Source: an uncultured Bacilli bacterium
GTDB lineage: Bacteria; Bacillota_I; Bacilli_A; RF39; UBA660
Assembly (NCBI GenBank): GCA_947632625.1
Contig: CANRPZ010000003.1
Coordinates: 1 to 34,412 of the forward strand
Direction: 5' to 3'
DNA: 34,412 nt
Part shown: piece after piece, positions 9,953 through 19,560 of the stretch
How positions within the stretch are numbered: the first letter of the stretch is position 1
How the letters are laid out: each line of letters starts with the position of its first letter
Program-made: the position numbers and the translations under genes
Notes under the pieces: model-generated
Told to the model about the DNA's origin: nothing
Database searches by the model: none
What the model saw: only the letters and a program-made list of their open reading frames with translations

Positions 9953-11503
9953 TCAGGCTATTAATTTGGCATGTACAACTAATCTTTCCGTATAATTTGT
10001 ACAAGTTGATAATGTTAAGATTTTATCCCCAGGTTTTACCTCAATATTAAAATCTTCTATGCTTCTTTCTTTAATTAAACTTACAAAATCATTAAAATCT
10101 TCATCAGTTTCAAAATAATTTTGTAGATAATCGGTAGTTTTGGGAACTTTATAAATAGAAAAAATCTGATACTTATGACTTTCGTAAATTGTGTCAAAGG
10201 TAATAATTAAATTTTCTGTATTGCTATACCAACTTTTCTTAAGAGCATTCGATAATGTTCCGAACATAACACTACTATAGTACATAGTATGACCAAATAT
10301 TATTGTATTATCATCCATTTCATAATCATTATTTCGATAATCCATAAAAATCCAACCGTTTTTATCCTCTTCATTATAAAGATTATGTTTTAAATAATAC
10401 TCATTATCTTTGGCTTGGACAACAGGATAGTCAATATTTGTGTCGTTTACTTTAAGCCATCCCACTACATCTGGATTTATAGATAAAATAGATGCAATAT
10501 AATTATTTTTAATTTCTCGTTGGGGATCAATTTCGTCTATTAAAGCAGGTGGCGTTTGATTATCTCGAATCGTTTCCCGAATATTTTCTTGAATTTCATT
10601 AACCTCTTGTAGTGATTTATAATTTGTAATAACAATATATAAAATAATTCCGGAAACGAGTATGACTAAAATTGAACCAATAATTTTTAATGTATTCATC
10701 ATGATTTGAATGAAAAGATTATTATTTAAGTATTCTTTGGAATAGACTAGTTCAATTTTGATTTTATTTTTGCGAATTTTTTTATTTAATTTTTTTAAAT
10801 ATTCAATCGATTTACTATCTTTAATATTAGAATAGATTAAGATTTTAATATTGCGCAAGCGATTATCACATAAAATTTCTAGAATAGTTTCTAAATCTTG
10901 TTTGTTATAAACATCCAAATGAATTGTTTTTAAATATTTGTTAATATTACAAAAAGCTAAAAAGTCATCTTTGTCATCTTCATCTAATAAAGTATCAATA
11001 TGAACATTCATTTTATAAAATATTTTAGAATAACTTGTTAAATTATTGCTTTGCATAAAATGACTAAGGTAAAATAGCTCGGTTCTCGATTCAGAATGAA
11101 TGCCCTTTTTATCTAACATTTCAATCATATAGGATGGAATATGTTCGGCTTCTATGTAGTTAATATTTTTATTTTCTAGAATTTTTTCATATAACTCATA
11201 GGATAGGGGAGCATTTTCTCTTATACATACCGCTGTAATATAAGGATTTTTTCTTAATAAATCTAATATGAAGATTGCAAGTTCATTATTTTCAAATGTA
11301 ACTCGATACACTTTTTTTTCTTGGCATATTTCATTAATAAATAAAGAAACTAGCTTTTCATTATCTAATATATAGTTTGGCGTAAAAATAAGTTCACTAT
11401 CATTAATTATATTAGTGTTTGATAAATTTGGTTTAACCGAAGGGGCATTTTTATATGCAAAAATAAGGGAATCATTGTAAATACTAATTTGAATTTTTTG
11501 CAT
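9953..11503 (-). CDS. srtB: Class B sortase with large N-terminal extension (516 aa)
   Basis: Encoded on the minus strand: + strand tcaggctattaatttggcatgtacaac at 9953 is the reverse complement of VVHAKLIA*, so the ORF-track strand label is wrong. Motifs NPDVVGWL, IDYPVVQ, GWIFMD, IIFGH, MFGTL, LTLSTC, ERLVVHAKL. ATG at 11503 follows AAAGGTGGTG. Confidence 0.9.
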   Translation of the reverse strand: MQKIQISIYNDSLIFAYKNAPSVKPNLSNTNIINDSELIFTPNYILDNEKLVSLFINEICQEKKVYRVTFENNELAIFILDLLRKNPYITAVCIRENAPLSYELYEKILENKNINYIEAEHIPSYMIEMLDKKGIHSESRTELFYLSHFMQSNNLTSYSKIFYKMNVHIDTLLDEDDKDDFLAFCNINKYLKTIHLDVYNKQDLETILEILCDNRLRNIKILIYSNIKDSKSIEYLKKLNKKIRKNKIKIELVYSKEYLNNNLFIQIMMNTLKIIGSILVILVSGIILYIVITNYKSLQEVNEIQENIRETIRDNQTPPALIDEIDPQREIKNNYIASILSINPDVVGWLKVNDTNIDYPVVQAKDNEYYLKHNLYNEEDKNGWIFMDYRNNDYEMDDNTIIFGHTMYYSSVMFGTLSNALKKSWYSNTENLIITFDTIYESHKYQIFSIYKVPKTTDYLQNYFETDEDFNDFVSLIKERSIEDFNIEVKPGDKILTLSTCTNYTERLVVHAKLIA

Positions 11504-11642
11504 AAGTTCACCACCTTTTTTTACTCTTATGATACTATAATAACACAAATTTACACTTTTTTATAAAAAAATGTAGCATTTAGGTATTTTTATGTTATAA
11601 TTAAGACATAATAAAAGTAAAGTAGAAAGAGGTAAGAAAAAA

Positions 11643-12272
11643 ATGAAAAGAGTTTTAGGCTTAATCGTTTTAGCAATGATGGTAGTTTTACCAATGAAAG
11701 TAAACGCTGCTTTAGATTTTTCAGGATTTACCTGTGATGATAAAGTTACAGCAGCAGATGGAAGTGTCACAAAGACATGTTATATTACAGGAAAGGCAAC
11801 AAATGGTAGTTCAATTTCAACATTTACTGGAACTTTGACATTACAAAATATGTCAATTAAAACAGTAACAGCAAGTTCTCCTTGGACAAATGAATCAAGT
11901 GGAACAAGTTTGAGATTTACATCACAAACACCTGTATCAAGTTCAAGTTTTACAATTGCAACTATAGTTTTTAGTGTTGATAATACGGCAGAAAAATGTG
12001 CTGTACAATTGATTCCATGCTATGATGAAAGTGGAAACTTTGGTTGCGGTAATGCTGTTGAGGTTACAGAAGAACAATTTTGTAAAGTAGTAGATGGTAC
12101 TTATTATGGTAAAGATGGAAGCGTTGTTACTGCTGATGTTTATAACGCACAATGTGTAACAAATCCACAAACTGGTAATTTTGTACCTTATGTAGTAATC
12201 ATTGCTGGAATTGCTTTAGCTGTAGGTGTATTCGTAATTTCAAGAAAAAATACAAAATTATATAGAATATAG
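11643..12272 (+). CDS. Secreted Ser/Thr- and Cys-rich surface protein with NPQTG sorting signal
   Basis: Signal peptide ending VNA, 7 Cys, then NPQTG (12162-12176), hydrophobic helix and basic tail RKNTKLYRI. Confidence 0.85.
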   Translation: MKRVLGLIVLAMMVVLPMKVNAALDFSGFTCDDKVTAADGSVTKTCYITGKATNGSSISTFTGTLTLQNMSIKTVTASSPWTNESSGTSLRFTSQTPVSSSSFTIATIVFSVDNTAEKCAVQLIPCYDESGNFGCGNAVEVTEEQFCKVVDGTYYGKDGSVVTADVYNAQCVTNPQTGNFVPYVVIIAGIALAVGVFVISRKNTKLYRI

Positions 12273-12307
12273 TTACAAAAAAATCTATTCTGATTAAGAA
12301 ATAATTT

Positions 12308-12337
12308 AAAAGAAAGTTCTAAACAACTTTCTTTTTT
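12308..12337 (+). terminator. Intrinsic terminator-like hairpin, overlapping a possible sigma-E promoter for spoIVA
   Basis: aaaagaaagtt (12308-12318) / aactttctttt (12325-12335); CATAGTTT at 12338-12345 resembles a sigma-E -10. Confidence 0.55.
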
Positions 12338-12377
12338 CATAGTTTTAAATAGAATAATTGGAAAGGATAGTAAAAAA

Positions 12378-13856
12378 ATGGAAAAAAGTGAAATTATAAA
12401 ATCGATTGCGACGCGTGGCAATGGAGAAATTTATTTAGGAGTAGTAGGGGCGGTAAGATGTGGTAAAAGTACTTTTATTAAACGTTTTATTGAAAATTTA
12501 GTAGTACCTAATATAGAGGATGAGTACGAAAAAAGAAAATGTTTGGATGAAATACCACAAAGTGCTGAAGGAAAAGCTATTATGACTACCGAACCTAAAT
12601 TTGTTCCTTCTAGTGGAGCAACCATTAAAGTAGATGAATTTGAAACTAAAATTAAATTAGTAGATTGTGTTGGATATGTCATTAAAGGCGCAACAGGACA
12701 TATTGATGAAGATGGTAACCCAAGGATGGTAAAAACACCATGGTTTGAAGAGTCAGTACCTTTTTACGAAGCTGCAGAAATTGGTACGGAAAAAGTCATC
12801 AAAGATCATGCTACAATTGGTATTGTTATGACCTCTGATGGAACTTTTGGCGAAATTCCTCGCGAAAATTATTTAGAGGCTGAAGAAAAAATTATTGGAG
12901 AATTACAAGAATTAGGAAAACCTTTTATTGTTATTTTAAATACCAAAAATAAAGAGAGTGGTAGTGCAATAACTTTATCAAATGAACTTAGAAATACTTA
13001 TAATGTGCCTGTTATTCCACTTAATGTTGCAGAAATGACAGAACCAGAAATTTTGAATGTTTTAAAAGAGGCTTTATATGAATTCCCAGTTTTAGATATA
13101 AAAGTAAACATTCCAAAATGGGTTCATGTATTAGATAATCATCATGAAATCAAAAAACATTATTTAGAAAAAATGCAAGAAAGTGTTATTTCTGTTAATA
13201 AAATTCGTGATGTAGAAAATATTCTAAATTCCTTTAATGAGTCAAACTATATTTCTAAAAGTTATATTAGTGATGTTGATACCTCAACCGGAAATGTAAC
13301 AATTGCTTTAGAAAGTAGCGATGAATTATACAATACCGTTTTAAAAGATTTAATGGGAGATATGGTAACGACAAAAGCTGGTTTATTAAAAATATTTACA
13401 ACGTATAAAGAAGGAAAAGAAGAAATGGATGGTATACGAGATGCCCTTAAAATGGCTAAAAGTACTGGGTATGGAATTGTATATCCTAACCTAAAAGATA
13501 TGACGCTTTCAACGCCAGAAATTATTAAGCAAGGCTCTCGCTATGGTATTAAATTAAAGGCCGTTGCTTCTAGTATTCATTTAATGAAAGTTAATGTTGA
13601 ATCCACATTTGAACCAATTATTGGAACAGAAATGCAAAGTAAAGAGTTAATTAATTATATTATGAAAGATTATGAAACAGATCCATCAAGTATTTGGAAA
13701 AGTGAAATCTTTGGACGTAGCCTTGATGTAATTGTAAAAGAAGGAATCCAAGCCAAACTTTCAGTTATGCCAGAAAATGTTCGCTATAAAATGAGCCAAA
13801 CAGTAACAAAAATTGTCAATAAGGGATCAAATAATTTAATTACGATTGTCCTATAA
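12378..13856 (+). CDS. spoIVA: Stage IV sporulation protein A (spore coat ATPase)
   Basis: 492 aa; GEIYLGVVGAVRCGKSTFIKRF, MTTEPKFVP, VDCVGY, IWKSEIFGRSL; upstream of HU as in Bacillus. Confidence 0.97.
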   Translation: MEKSEIIKSIATRGNGEIYLGVVGAVRCGKSTFIKRFIENLVVPNIEDEYEKRKCLDEIPQSAEGKAIMTTEPKFVPSSGATIKVDEFETKIKLVDCVGYVIKGATGHIDEDGNPRMVKTPWFEESVPFYEAAEIGTEKVIKDHATIGIVMTSDGTFGEIPRENYLEAEEKIIGELQELGKPFIVILNTKNKESGSAITLSNELRNTYNVPVIPLNVAEMTEPEILNVLKEALYEFPVLDIKVNIPKWVHVLDNHHEIKKHYLEKMQESVISVNKIRDVENILNSFNESNYISKSYISDVDTSTGNVTIALESSDELYNTVLKDLMGDMVTTKAGLLKIFTTYKEGKEEMDGIRDALKMAKSTGYGIVYPNLKDMTLSTPEIIKQGSRYGIKLKAVASSIHLMKVNVESTFEPIIGTEMQSKELINYIMKDYETDPSSIWKSEIFGRSLDVIVKEGIQAKLSVMPENVRYKMSQTVTKIVNKGSNNLITIVL

Positions 13857-14024
13857 AAACCAATTGATTTGTCAATTAAAGGTAAAAAAGAGGTTTAAAT
13901 AGTGTATAATCTTACTAAAAATTTAAAAAATAATGTTTTTTTCTTGCTTTTCTAAATTATTTTTGCTATTTTTAGTATGTAAGGGTATAGACGACCTTAT
14001 AAAAATAATTGGAGGTAAGAAAAA

Positions 14025-14297
14025 ATGTCAAAACAAGAATTAGTAGAAATTATTGCTACAAAAACTGGTTTAACAAAAGCTGATGCAGCTCGTGCATTAG
14101 ATGCAACACTAGAAGGAATTACTCAAGGACTTAAAAAAGAAGGAAAAGTTACTTTTGTAGGATTTGGTACTTTCAGTGCTAAAAAAAGAGAAGCACGTAA
14201 TGGAATTAATCCATTAACAAAACAACCAATTTCAATTCCTGCCAAAACAGTTGCATCATTTAAAGCTGGAAGCAAATTAAAAGATGCTCTTAACTAA
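14025..14297 (+). CDS. hup: DNA-binding protein HU
   Basis: 90 aa; VTFVGFGTF...REARNGINPLT...FKAGSKLKDA. Confidence 0.97.
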   Translation: MSKQELVEIIATKTGLTKADAARALDATLEGITQGLKKEGKVTFVGFGTFSAKKREARNGINPLTKQPISIPAKTVASFKAGSKLKDALN

Positions 14298-14314
14298 TTT
14301 GAAAAAATTGGTTT

Positions 14315-14348
14315 AAAAAAATTAGCACATTGGTGTTAATTTTTTTTT
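14315..14348 (+). terminator. Intrinsic terminator after hup
   Basis: attagcac (14321-14328) / gtgttaat (14333-14340) followed by a T run. Confidence 0.7.
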
Positions 14349-14424
14349 GAAACTTTACATAAAAATAATGGGAACAAATTGACTTTTAAAGTAGTGGTGC
14401 GTATACTTAATATGAGGTATAAAT

Positions 14425-15216
14425 ATGAAAGAACGTATTATAGGTGCGGTACTTATTCTATTAATTGGAATTCCACTCATCATGATTGGTGGAAAAGTCT
14501 TTACATTAAGTTGTTCTTTATTTGCTGTTTTAGCATTAAAAGAAATTATGGAATTAAAAGAACATCATAATCAAATTCCTAAAGGAATCTTTTTCATTTG
14601 TGTAATAGATCTAGTGTTGTTCTTGTTTTCTTCTTTAAAAAATGATTCCTTATTTTTAAATTTACCTTATAAGTATTTGCTTTTTACGTTTTTATCCCTA
14701 TTTGTTCCAACATTGCTTTATAAAAAAGAAAAGTATACTACTAAAGAAGCAATGTATTTACTGGGTAGCGTTTTATTTTTAGCCCTTGCTTTTTATAGTA
14801 TTATTTTTGTAAGAAATTATAATATTTATATTTTTGTTTACTTATTATTTATTTCTATATTTACGGATAGTTTTGCTCTATTTGTGGGAAAACTAATAGG
14901 GAAACATAAATGTAGTCCTATTATAAGTCCTAAAAAAACGTGGGAAGGCTGTATTGGAGGATGTTTTTTTGGTGTTGTTTTATCCCTAATTTATTATTTT
15001 TGGTTTATTGAGGCGTTTAGTCTACCGATTGTATTCTTAACGATATTCTTATCTATTATTGGTCAGGTAGGAGATTTGGTCTTTAGTAAAATAAAAAGAG
15101 AAAATAAAATAAAAGATTTTAGTCATTTAATTCCAGGGCATGGAGGAATTTTAGATCGTTTTGATAGTTTCATATTTATTGTGATGACTTATATACTATT
15201 TATAGGGATTCTTTAA
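14425..15216 (+). CDS. cdsA: Phosphatidate cytidylyltransferase
   Basis: Polytopic membrane protein; SPKKTWEG and KIKDFSHLIPGHGGILDRFDS signature. Confidence 0.95.
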   Translation: MKERIIGAVLILLIGIPLIMIGGKVFTLSCSLFAVLALKEIMELKEHHNQIPKGIFFICVIDLVLFLFSSLKNDSLFLNLPYKYLLFTFLSLFVPTLLYKKEKYTTKEAMYLLGSVLFLALAFYSIIFVRNYNIYIFVYLLFISIFTDSFALFVGKLIGKHKCSPIISPKKTWEGCIGGCFFGVVLSLIYYFWFIEAFSLPIVFLTIFLSIIGQVGDLVFSKIKRENKIKDFSHLIPGHGGILDRFDSFIFIVMTYILFIGIL

Positions 15217-15229
15217 GGAGGAAAAAAAT

Positions 15230-16279
15230 ATGTGGTTTTTAACAATACTTGTATTAATTTTAATATTAGGAATTATTATTTTGGTGCATGAATTTGGACA
15301 TTTTATTTGGGCGAAAGCTTTTAAAGTTCATATTTATGAATTCTCAATTGGGATGGGGCCTGTTGTTCATACTCATAAGGGCAGGGATGGCATTAATTAT
15401 AACATACGTGCTTTTCCAATTGGTGGCTTTGTTTCTATGGCTGGAGAGGTATACGATGATGATGACAAAATCGATAAAAAGAAATTAATGTGTAATAAAC
15501 CTTGGTTTCAACGATTAATCATATTAGTAGCAGGCGTTGTTAACAATTTTATTTTAGCAATTTTGATTTTGTTTTTTATGGGATTGTTTCTTGGATCTAC
15601 GACGACAAAACCGATTGTTGGAACTGTTTTAGAAAATTCAGCAGTAGCCGAATCTGGAATAGAGGTTGGCGATCAAATTTTGGCGATTAATGATATAAAA
15701 GCAAATTCTTGGGATAAATTACAAATTGCTTTATATCGTAAGAATGAAAGTGGTACTTACACTTTTAAAATTAAAAAAGCAAATGGAGAAGAAAAAACGG
15801 TTTCGGTAACTCCTAAAAAAGTTACAAATGAAGATGGAACAGAAACTATGCAATTTGGTTTAGGATTAGATACGACAAAACATTACGGATTCTTTGCTAG
15901 TTTAAAATATGCCTTTTTAAAGTTTGGTAGTATCGTTTCTTCTATGATGTTAACCATTACAAGTTTATTTACGGGAAAAATATCTTTAAATGCCTTATCT
16001 GGACCAGTAGGAATTTATGGGGTTATTGGTGAATCTTTAAGTATAGGATTTTCTCAAATTGTTTATATTATAGCCTTTTTAAGTATTAATGTTGGTTTTA
16101 TTAATATTTTGCCATTCCCAGCCTTTGATGGTGGTAGAGTTCTATTCTTGCTTATCGAAAAAATAAAAGGAAAACCGGTAGATGCAAAGTTAGAGAATGC
16201 TTTTCATACCATTGGATTTTTCTTGTTAATGATTTTGATGCTTTATATAACAATTCAAGATATTATCAAGTTATTTTAA
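15230..16279 (+). CDS. rseP: RIP metalloprotease RseP/RasP (M50, PDZ)
   Basis: HEFGH, FPIGGFV, PDZ-like SGIEVGDQILAIND, NILPFPAFDGG. Confidence 0.95.
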   Translation: MWFLTILVLILILGIIILVHEFGHFIWAKAFKVHIYEFSIGMGPVVHTHKGRDGINYNIRAFPIGGFVSMAGEVYDDDDKIDKKKLMCNKPWFQRLIILVAGVVNNFILAILILFFMGLFLGSTTTKPIVGTVLENSAVAESGIEVGDQILAINDIKANSWDKLQIALYRKNESGTYTFKIKKANGEEKTVSVTPKKVTNEDGTETMQFGLGLDTTKHYGFFASLKYAFLKFGSIVSSMMLTITSLFTGKISLNALSGPVGIYGVIGESLSIGFSQIVYIIAFLSINVGFINILPFPAFDGGRVLFLLIEKIKGKPVDAKLENAFHTIGFFLLMILMLYITIQDIIKLF

Positions 16280-16308
16280 GAAATCTTTTCAGGTTTCTTT
16301 TTAAATGC

Positions 16309-16337
16309 TTGTGTTTTTTTTCTTTTTTTTATATAAT
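16309..16337 (+). promoter_or_regulatory. Putative sigma-A promoter for ftsA-ftsZ
   Basis: TTGTGT (16309-16314), 17 nt T-rich spacer, TATAAT (16332-16337). Confidence 0.5.
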
Positions 16338-16364
16338 GTTTAGTAGTAACAATAGGAGTAGCGT

Positions 16365-17609
16365 ATGAGAAGAATATTAGCGAGTATGGATATTGGTTCA
16401 AATTCAATTAAATTAATTGTAGCAGAACTTGTTAAAAGAAAAATCAATATTTTAGCTGTTGCTGAAACTGAAACAAAAGGAATCAAAAATGGCTTGGTAG
16501 TGAATAAAGAGTCTTTTTGCTCAACTTTAAAAGAAACTCTAAAAAAAGCCGAAGATATTCTTGGTTTAAAGGTTAAAAAAATAATTATTACAGTGCCTTC
16601 TTTTCATACAGAATTTTTATTAAGTGAAGGAAATACTACGATTACAAACGAAAGTAAAGTTGTTAAAGGAATAGATATTGTCCGTGCTATGCAAGCTTCT
16701 ATTTATAATAAAATTCCTGATACTTATGAAATGGTCGATCTTGTTCCAACTGGTTTTAAAATTAATGAAAAAGAGATTGTTAAAAATCCTTTAGAGCAAA
16801 CGGCAGAAAAGTTAATGGTAAGAACAATGATTACGAGTGTTCCAAAAGAAAATTTAGCTCCAATATTAGAATGTTTTAAAAAGCTAGAGGTAGAGGTCAT
16901 TGGTACGAATTTTTCAACAGTTGGAGATTATTATGCTTTTAAAAATGAAAAATTGAATAATGAAATAGGGGCAGTTATAAATATTGGGAGTGCCACCACA
17001 ACCGTTTCCATTTTTAATAAAGGCATTCTAATTAATACAAATACGATTGAAATGGGTGGACAAAATATCGATAATGATATATCATTTATATATAAAGTAA
17101 CCAAGATGGATGCGAAAAAGATTAAAGAAAGTTTAGGTCTTGCTCATAATAGACAAGCCTTGGCTAGCAATCAAATTGTGGTTACGAATAAATTAGGAGA
17201 AGATGTTTCAATTAATCAATATGAATTAAGTGAAATTATCATGAGCCGTTTGGAAGAAATATTAAATATTGCGAAAAAACAAATTAATTACTTAACAAAA
17301 AAAGAAATTCATTATATAATAGTATCGGGCGGCGTAAGTGAAACCGCAGATTTTCAATTAATACTAGAAAGTGTTTTTGGAAAAAGTGCTAAACTTATGA
17401 ATGTTCAAGAAATTGGAGTTCGCGATAATAAATATTCTGCGGCGTTAGGTATTCTTAAAAATTTTGATAGTAAATTAAGATTACGTGGTAAAGATTTTTC
17501 GATTTTTTCACCAGAAGAAATGGAAGAATTAAGTGGTAAACATAGAAAATTAAATATATCGGATAATTCTGTTCTAGGAAAATTATTTGGATATTTTTTT
17601 GATAATTAA
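16365..17609 (+). CDS. ftsA: Cell division protein FtsA
   Basis: Actin-like DIGSNSIK and NIGSATT motifs, SGGVS, C-terminal amphipathic helix LGKLFGYFFD; directly upstream of ftsZ. Confidence 0.94.
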   Translation: MRRILASMDIGSNSIKLIVAELVKRKINILAVAETETKGIKNGLVVNKESFCSTLKETLKKAEDILGLKVKKIIITVPSFHTEFLLSEGNTTITNESKVVKGIDIVRAMQASIYNKIPDTYEMVDLVPTGFKINEKEIVKNPLEQTAEKLMVRTMITSVPKENLAPILECFKKLEVEVIGTNFSTVGDYYAFKNEKLNNEIGAVINIGSATTTVSIFNKGILINTNTIEMGGQNIDNDISFIYKVTKMDAKKIKESLGLAHNRQALASNQIVVTNKLGEDVSINQYELSEIIMSRLEEILNIAKKQINYLTKKEIHYIIVSGGVSETADFQLILESVFGKSAKLMNVQEIGVRDNKYSAALGILKNFDSKLRLRGKDFSIFSPEEMEELSGKHRKLNISDNSVLGKLFGYFFDN

Positions 17610-17621
17610 GGAGAGTGTATT

Positions 17622-18713
17622 ATGGACGGAGTAGGAACAAATGGACTTAAGTTAAATCCAATTGCTAAAATTAAAGTATTTGGTGTTGGTGGCGGTGGAT
17701 GTAACGCCGTTAATCGAATGGTAGAAGAAGGAGTACAAGGTGTCGAGTTTTACGTAGTAAATACGGATAAACAAGTATTAGATACCTCTAAAGCAGAACA
17801 TAAAATCCAAATTGGAGAAAGTATTACAGGAGGACGTGGAGCTGGATCTAATCCAGAGGTAGGACGCGAAGCCGCATTAGAGAATAAAAGTGAGATTGAA
17901 AATGCAATTCGTGGAGCTGATATGGTCTTTATTGCTTGTGGTTTAGGTGGTGGTACTGGAACGGGTGCTGCACCAGTCGTTGCAGAAATTGCCCAAGAAT
18001 TAGGAGCTTTAACCGTTGGAATTGTAACAAAGCCTTTTCGCTTTGAAGGAACAACGAGAATGGAACATGCTTTAGTTGGTTTAGAGGAATTAAAAAAACA
18101 TGTGGATACTTTAATCATTATTCCAAATGATCGTTTAAGAGATATTATTGATAAAACCACAACTTTTGAAGATGCCTTTAAAGAGGTCGATAATGTTTTA
18201 CATAGAGGAGTACAATCTATTTCAGATTTAATTGCTGTAACTGGACTTATTAACCTTGATTTTGCGGATGTTAAAACAGTAATGCAAAACTCTGGTACGG
18301 CTTTAATTGGAATTGGTATGGGAATTGGTGATAATCGTGCAGTGGATGCTGCAGAACAAGCTGTATCAAGTACACTATTGGAAACAACAATAGAAGGAGC
18401 AACCGATGCTATAGTAAACGTTACTGGTGGAGCCTCTTTAGGAATGTTTGAAACGGAAGAAGCCGTTGAAGCTGTACGAGCAGCAGCAGGGAATGATGTA
18501 AATATTATCTTTGGTGCAATTAAAAATGAAAATTTAAATGATGAGGTAATCGTTACCGTTATAGCAACAGGATTTGATGGAGCCAAAAAAGAAAGAGAAA
18601 ATCGAGATGAAATGAATACCTCTCGTGAACAAAAAATGAAGAGAAGCTTCGATGAAGATATGGATTCTGAATATGATATCCCACCATTTTTAAGAAATCA
18701 TGATGATTTTTAA
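17622..18713 (+). CDS. ftsZ: Cell division protein FtsZ
   Basis: [10 protein letters not shown], tubulin signature GGGTGTG, NLDFADV, C-terminal DIPPFLR. Confidence 0.99.
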   Translation: MDGVGTNGLKLNPIAKIKVFGVGGGGCNAVNRMVEEGVQGVEFYVVNTDKQVLDTSKAEHKIQIGESITGGRGAGSNPEVGREAALENKSEIENAIRGADMVFIACGLGGGTGTGAAPVVAEIAQELGALTVGIVTKPFRFEGTTRMEHALVGLEELKKHVDTLIIIPNDRLRDIIDKTTTFEDAFKEVDNVLHRGVQSISDLIAVTGLINLDFADVKTVMQNSGTALIGIGMGIGDNRAVDAAEQAVSSTLLETTIEGATDAIVNVTGGASLGMFETEEAVEAVRAAAGNDVNIIFGAIKNENLNDEVIVTVIATGFDGAKKERENRDEMNTSREQKMKRSFDEDMDSEYDIPPFLRNHDDF

Positions 18714-18717
18714 TAAA

Positions 18718-18759
18718 GGACAAAAAATGACATAAAAAAATGTCTTTTTTTTTTATAAT
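18718..18759 (+). promoter_or_regulatory. Putative Spo0A-dependent spoIIG promoter overlapping the ftsZ terminator
   Basis: GACA at 18719-18722 and 18729-18732 (10 nt apart, reverse 0A-box cores); ATGACA (18727-18732) is 21 nt from TATAAT (18754-18759); gacat/atgtc hairpin plus T10. Confidence 0.55.
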
Positions 18760-18774
18760 TTTTAGGGTGATTCT

Positions 18775-19560
18775 ATGACGGTTTATGTGGATATGGTTTT
18801 CCTTTTAAATTTTTATTTGGACTTTCTAATTTTAATGACAACCTGTATTACTTTAAAAAGAAAAACAACCATTAGAAGAATAGTTTTAGGGGCTTTCATT
18901 GGGAGTTTATCTATTTTCTTTCTTTTCTTTGCTATTCCGTCCTTTCTTTTATTCTTTTTTAAATTATTTATCGCAATTCTTATGGTTATTTCGACCTTTC
19001 ACTATAAAGACTTAAAATATACTTTAAATAATTTAGGCTATTTTTATATGATTAGTGTTATTTTAGGAGGCTTCTTTTATTATTTGAATATTGAATTTTC
19101 CTATCAATCGGTTGGTTTGGTCTTTTTTCATAAAAAAGTGAATGGCAATCTTTTATTTTTGTGCATACTTTCACCTGTAGTTTTATATTTTTATAATAAG
19201 CAATCGAAACAATTTAAAAAAATGTATCAATTTATTTATGATGTGGAAATTGTTTTAAAAAAAGAATCTATTAAAATAAAAGGATTTTTGGATACAGGAA
19301 ATAAATTAATTGATCCTATTACCAACAAACCCATTCTTTTGTTAGAAAAAGGATTAATTCAGTTAAAAGAAGAAAAGGTTTATTATGTTCCTTATAATGG
19401 GTTAAATGAACATAAATTACTAAAATGTATTAAACCTAAATATGTTCTGGTTGATAAAAAGAAATATAAAAATGTTCTTCTCGGTATAAGCGACAAAAAA
19501 TTTCATTTAGAGGGTGTAGAATGTTTATTGAATAATAAAATGATGGAGGATTTGTTATGA
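18775..19560 (+). CDS. spoIIGA: Sigma-E processing aspartic protease
   Basis: MTVYVDMVFLLNF start, multiple TM helices, catalytic GFLDTGNKLIDP; between ftsZ and sigE. Confidence 0.93.
   Translation: MTVYVDMVFLLNFYLDFLILMTTCITLKRKTTIRRIVLGAFIGSLSIFFLFFAIPSFLLFFFKLFIAILMVISTFHYKDLKYTLNNLGYFYMISVILGGFFYYLNIEFSYQSVGLVFFHKKVNGNLLFLCILSPVVLYFYNKQSKQFKKMYQFIYDVEIVLKKESIKIKGFLDTGNKLIDPITNKPILLLEKGLIQLKEEKVYYVPYNGLNEHKLLKCIKPKYVLVDKKKYKNVLLGISDKKFHLEGVECLLNNKMMEDLL

Noticed and set aside
9953-11548. ORF-track entry placing the 531-aa sortase on the + strand
   Set aside because: The protein is encoded by the reverse complement (stop codon at 9953-9955), and the RBS supports ATG 11503.
17750-18586. 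278-aa minus-strand ORF
   Set aside because: Antisense shadow of ftsZ with no recognisable motifs; the same applies to the short antisense ORFs over tilS, ftsH, spoIVA, the VR gene and polC.
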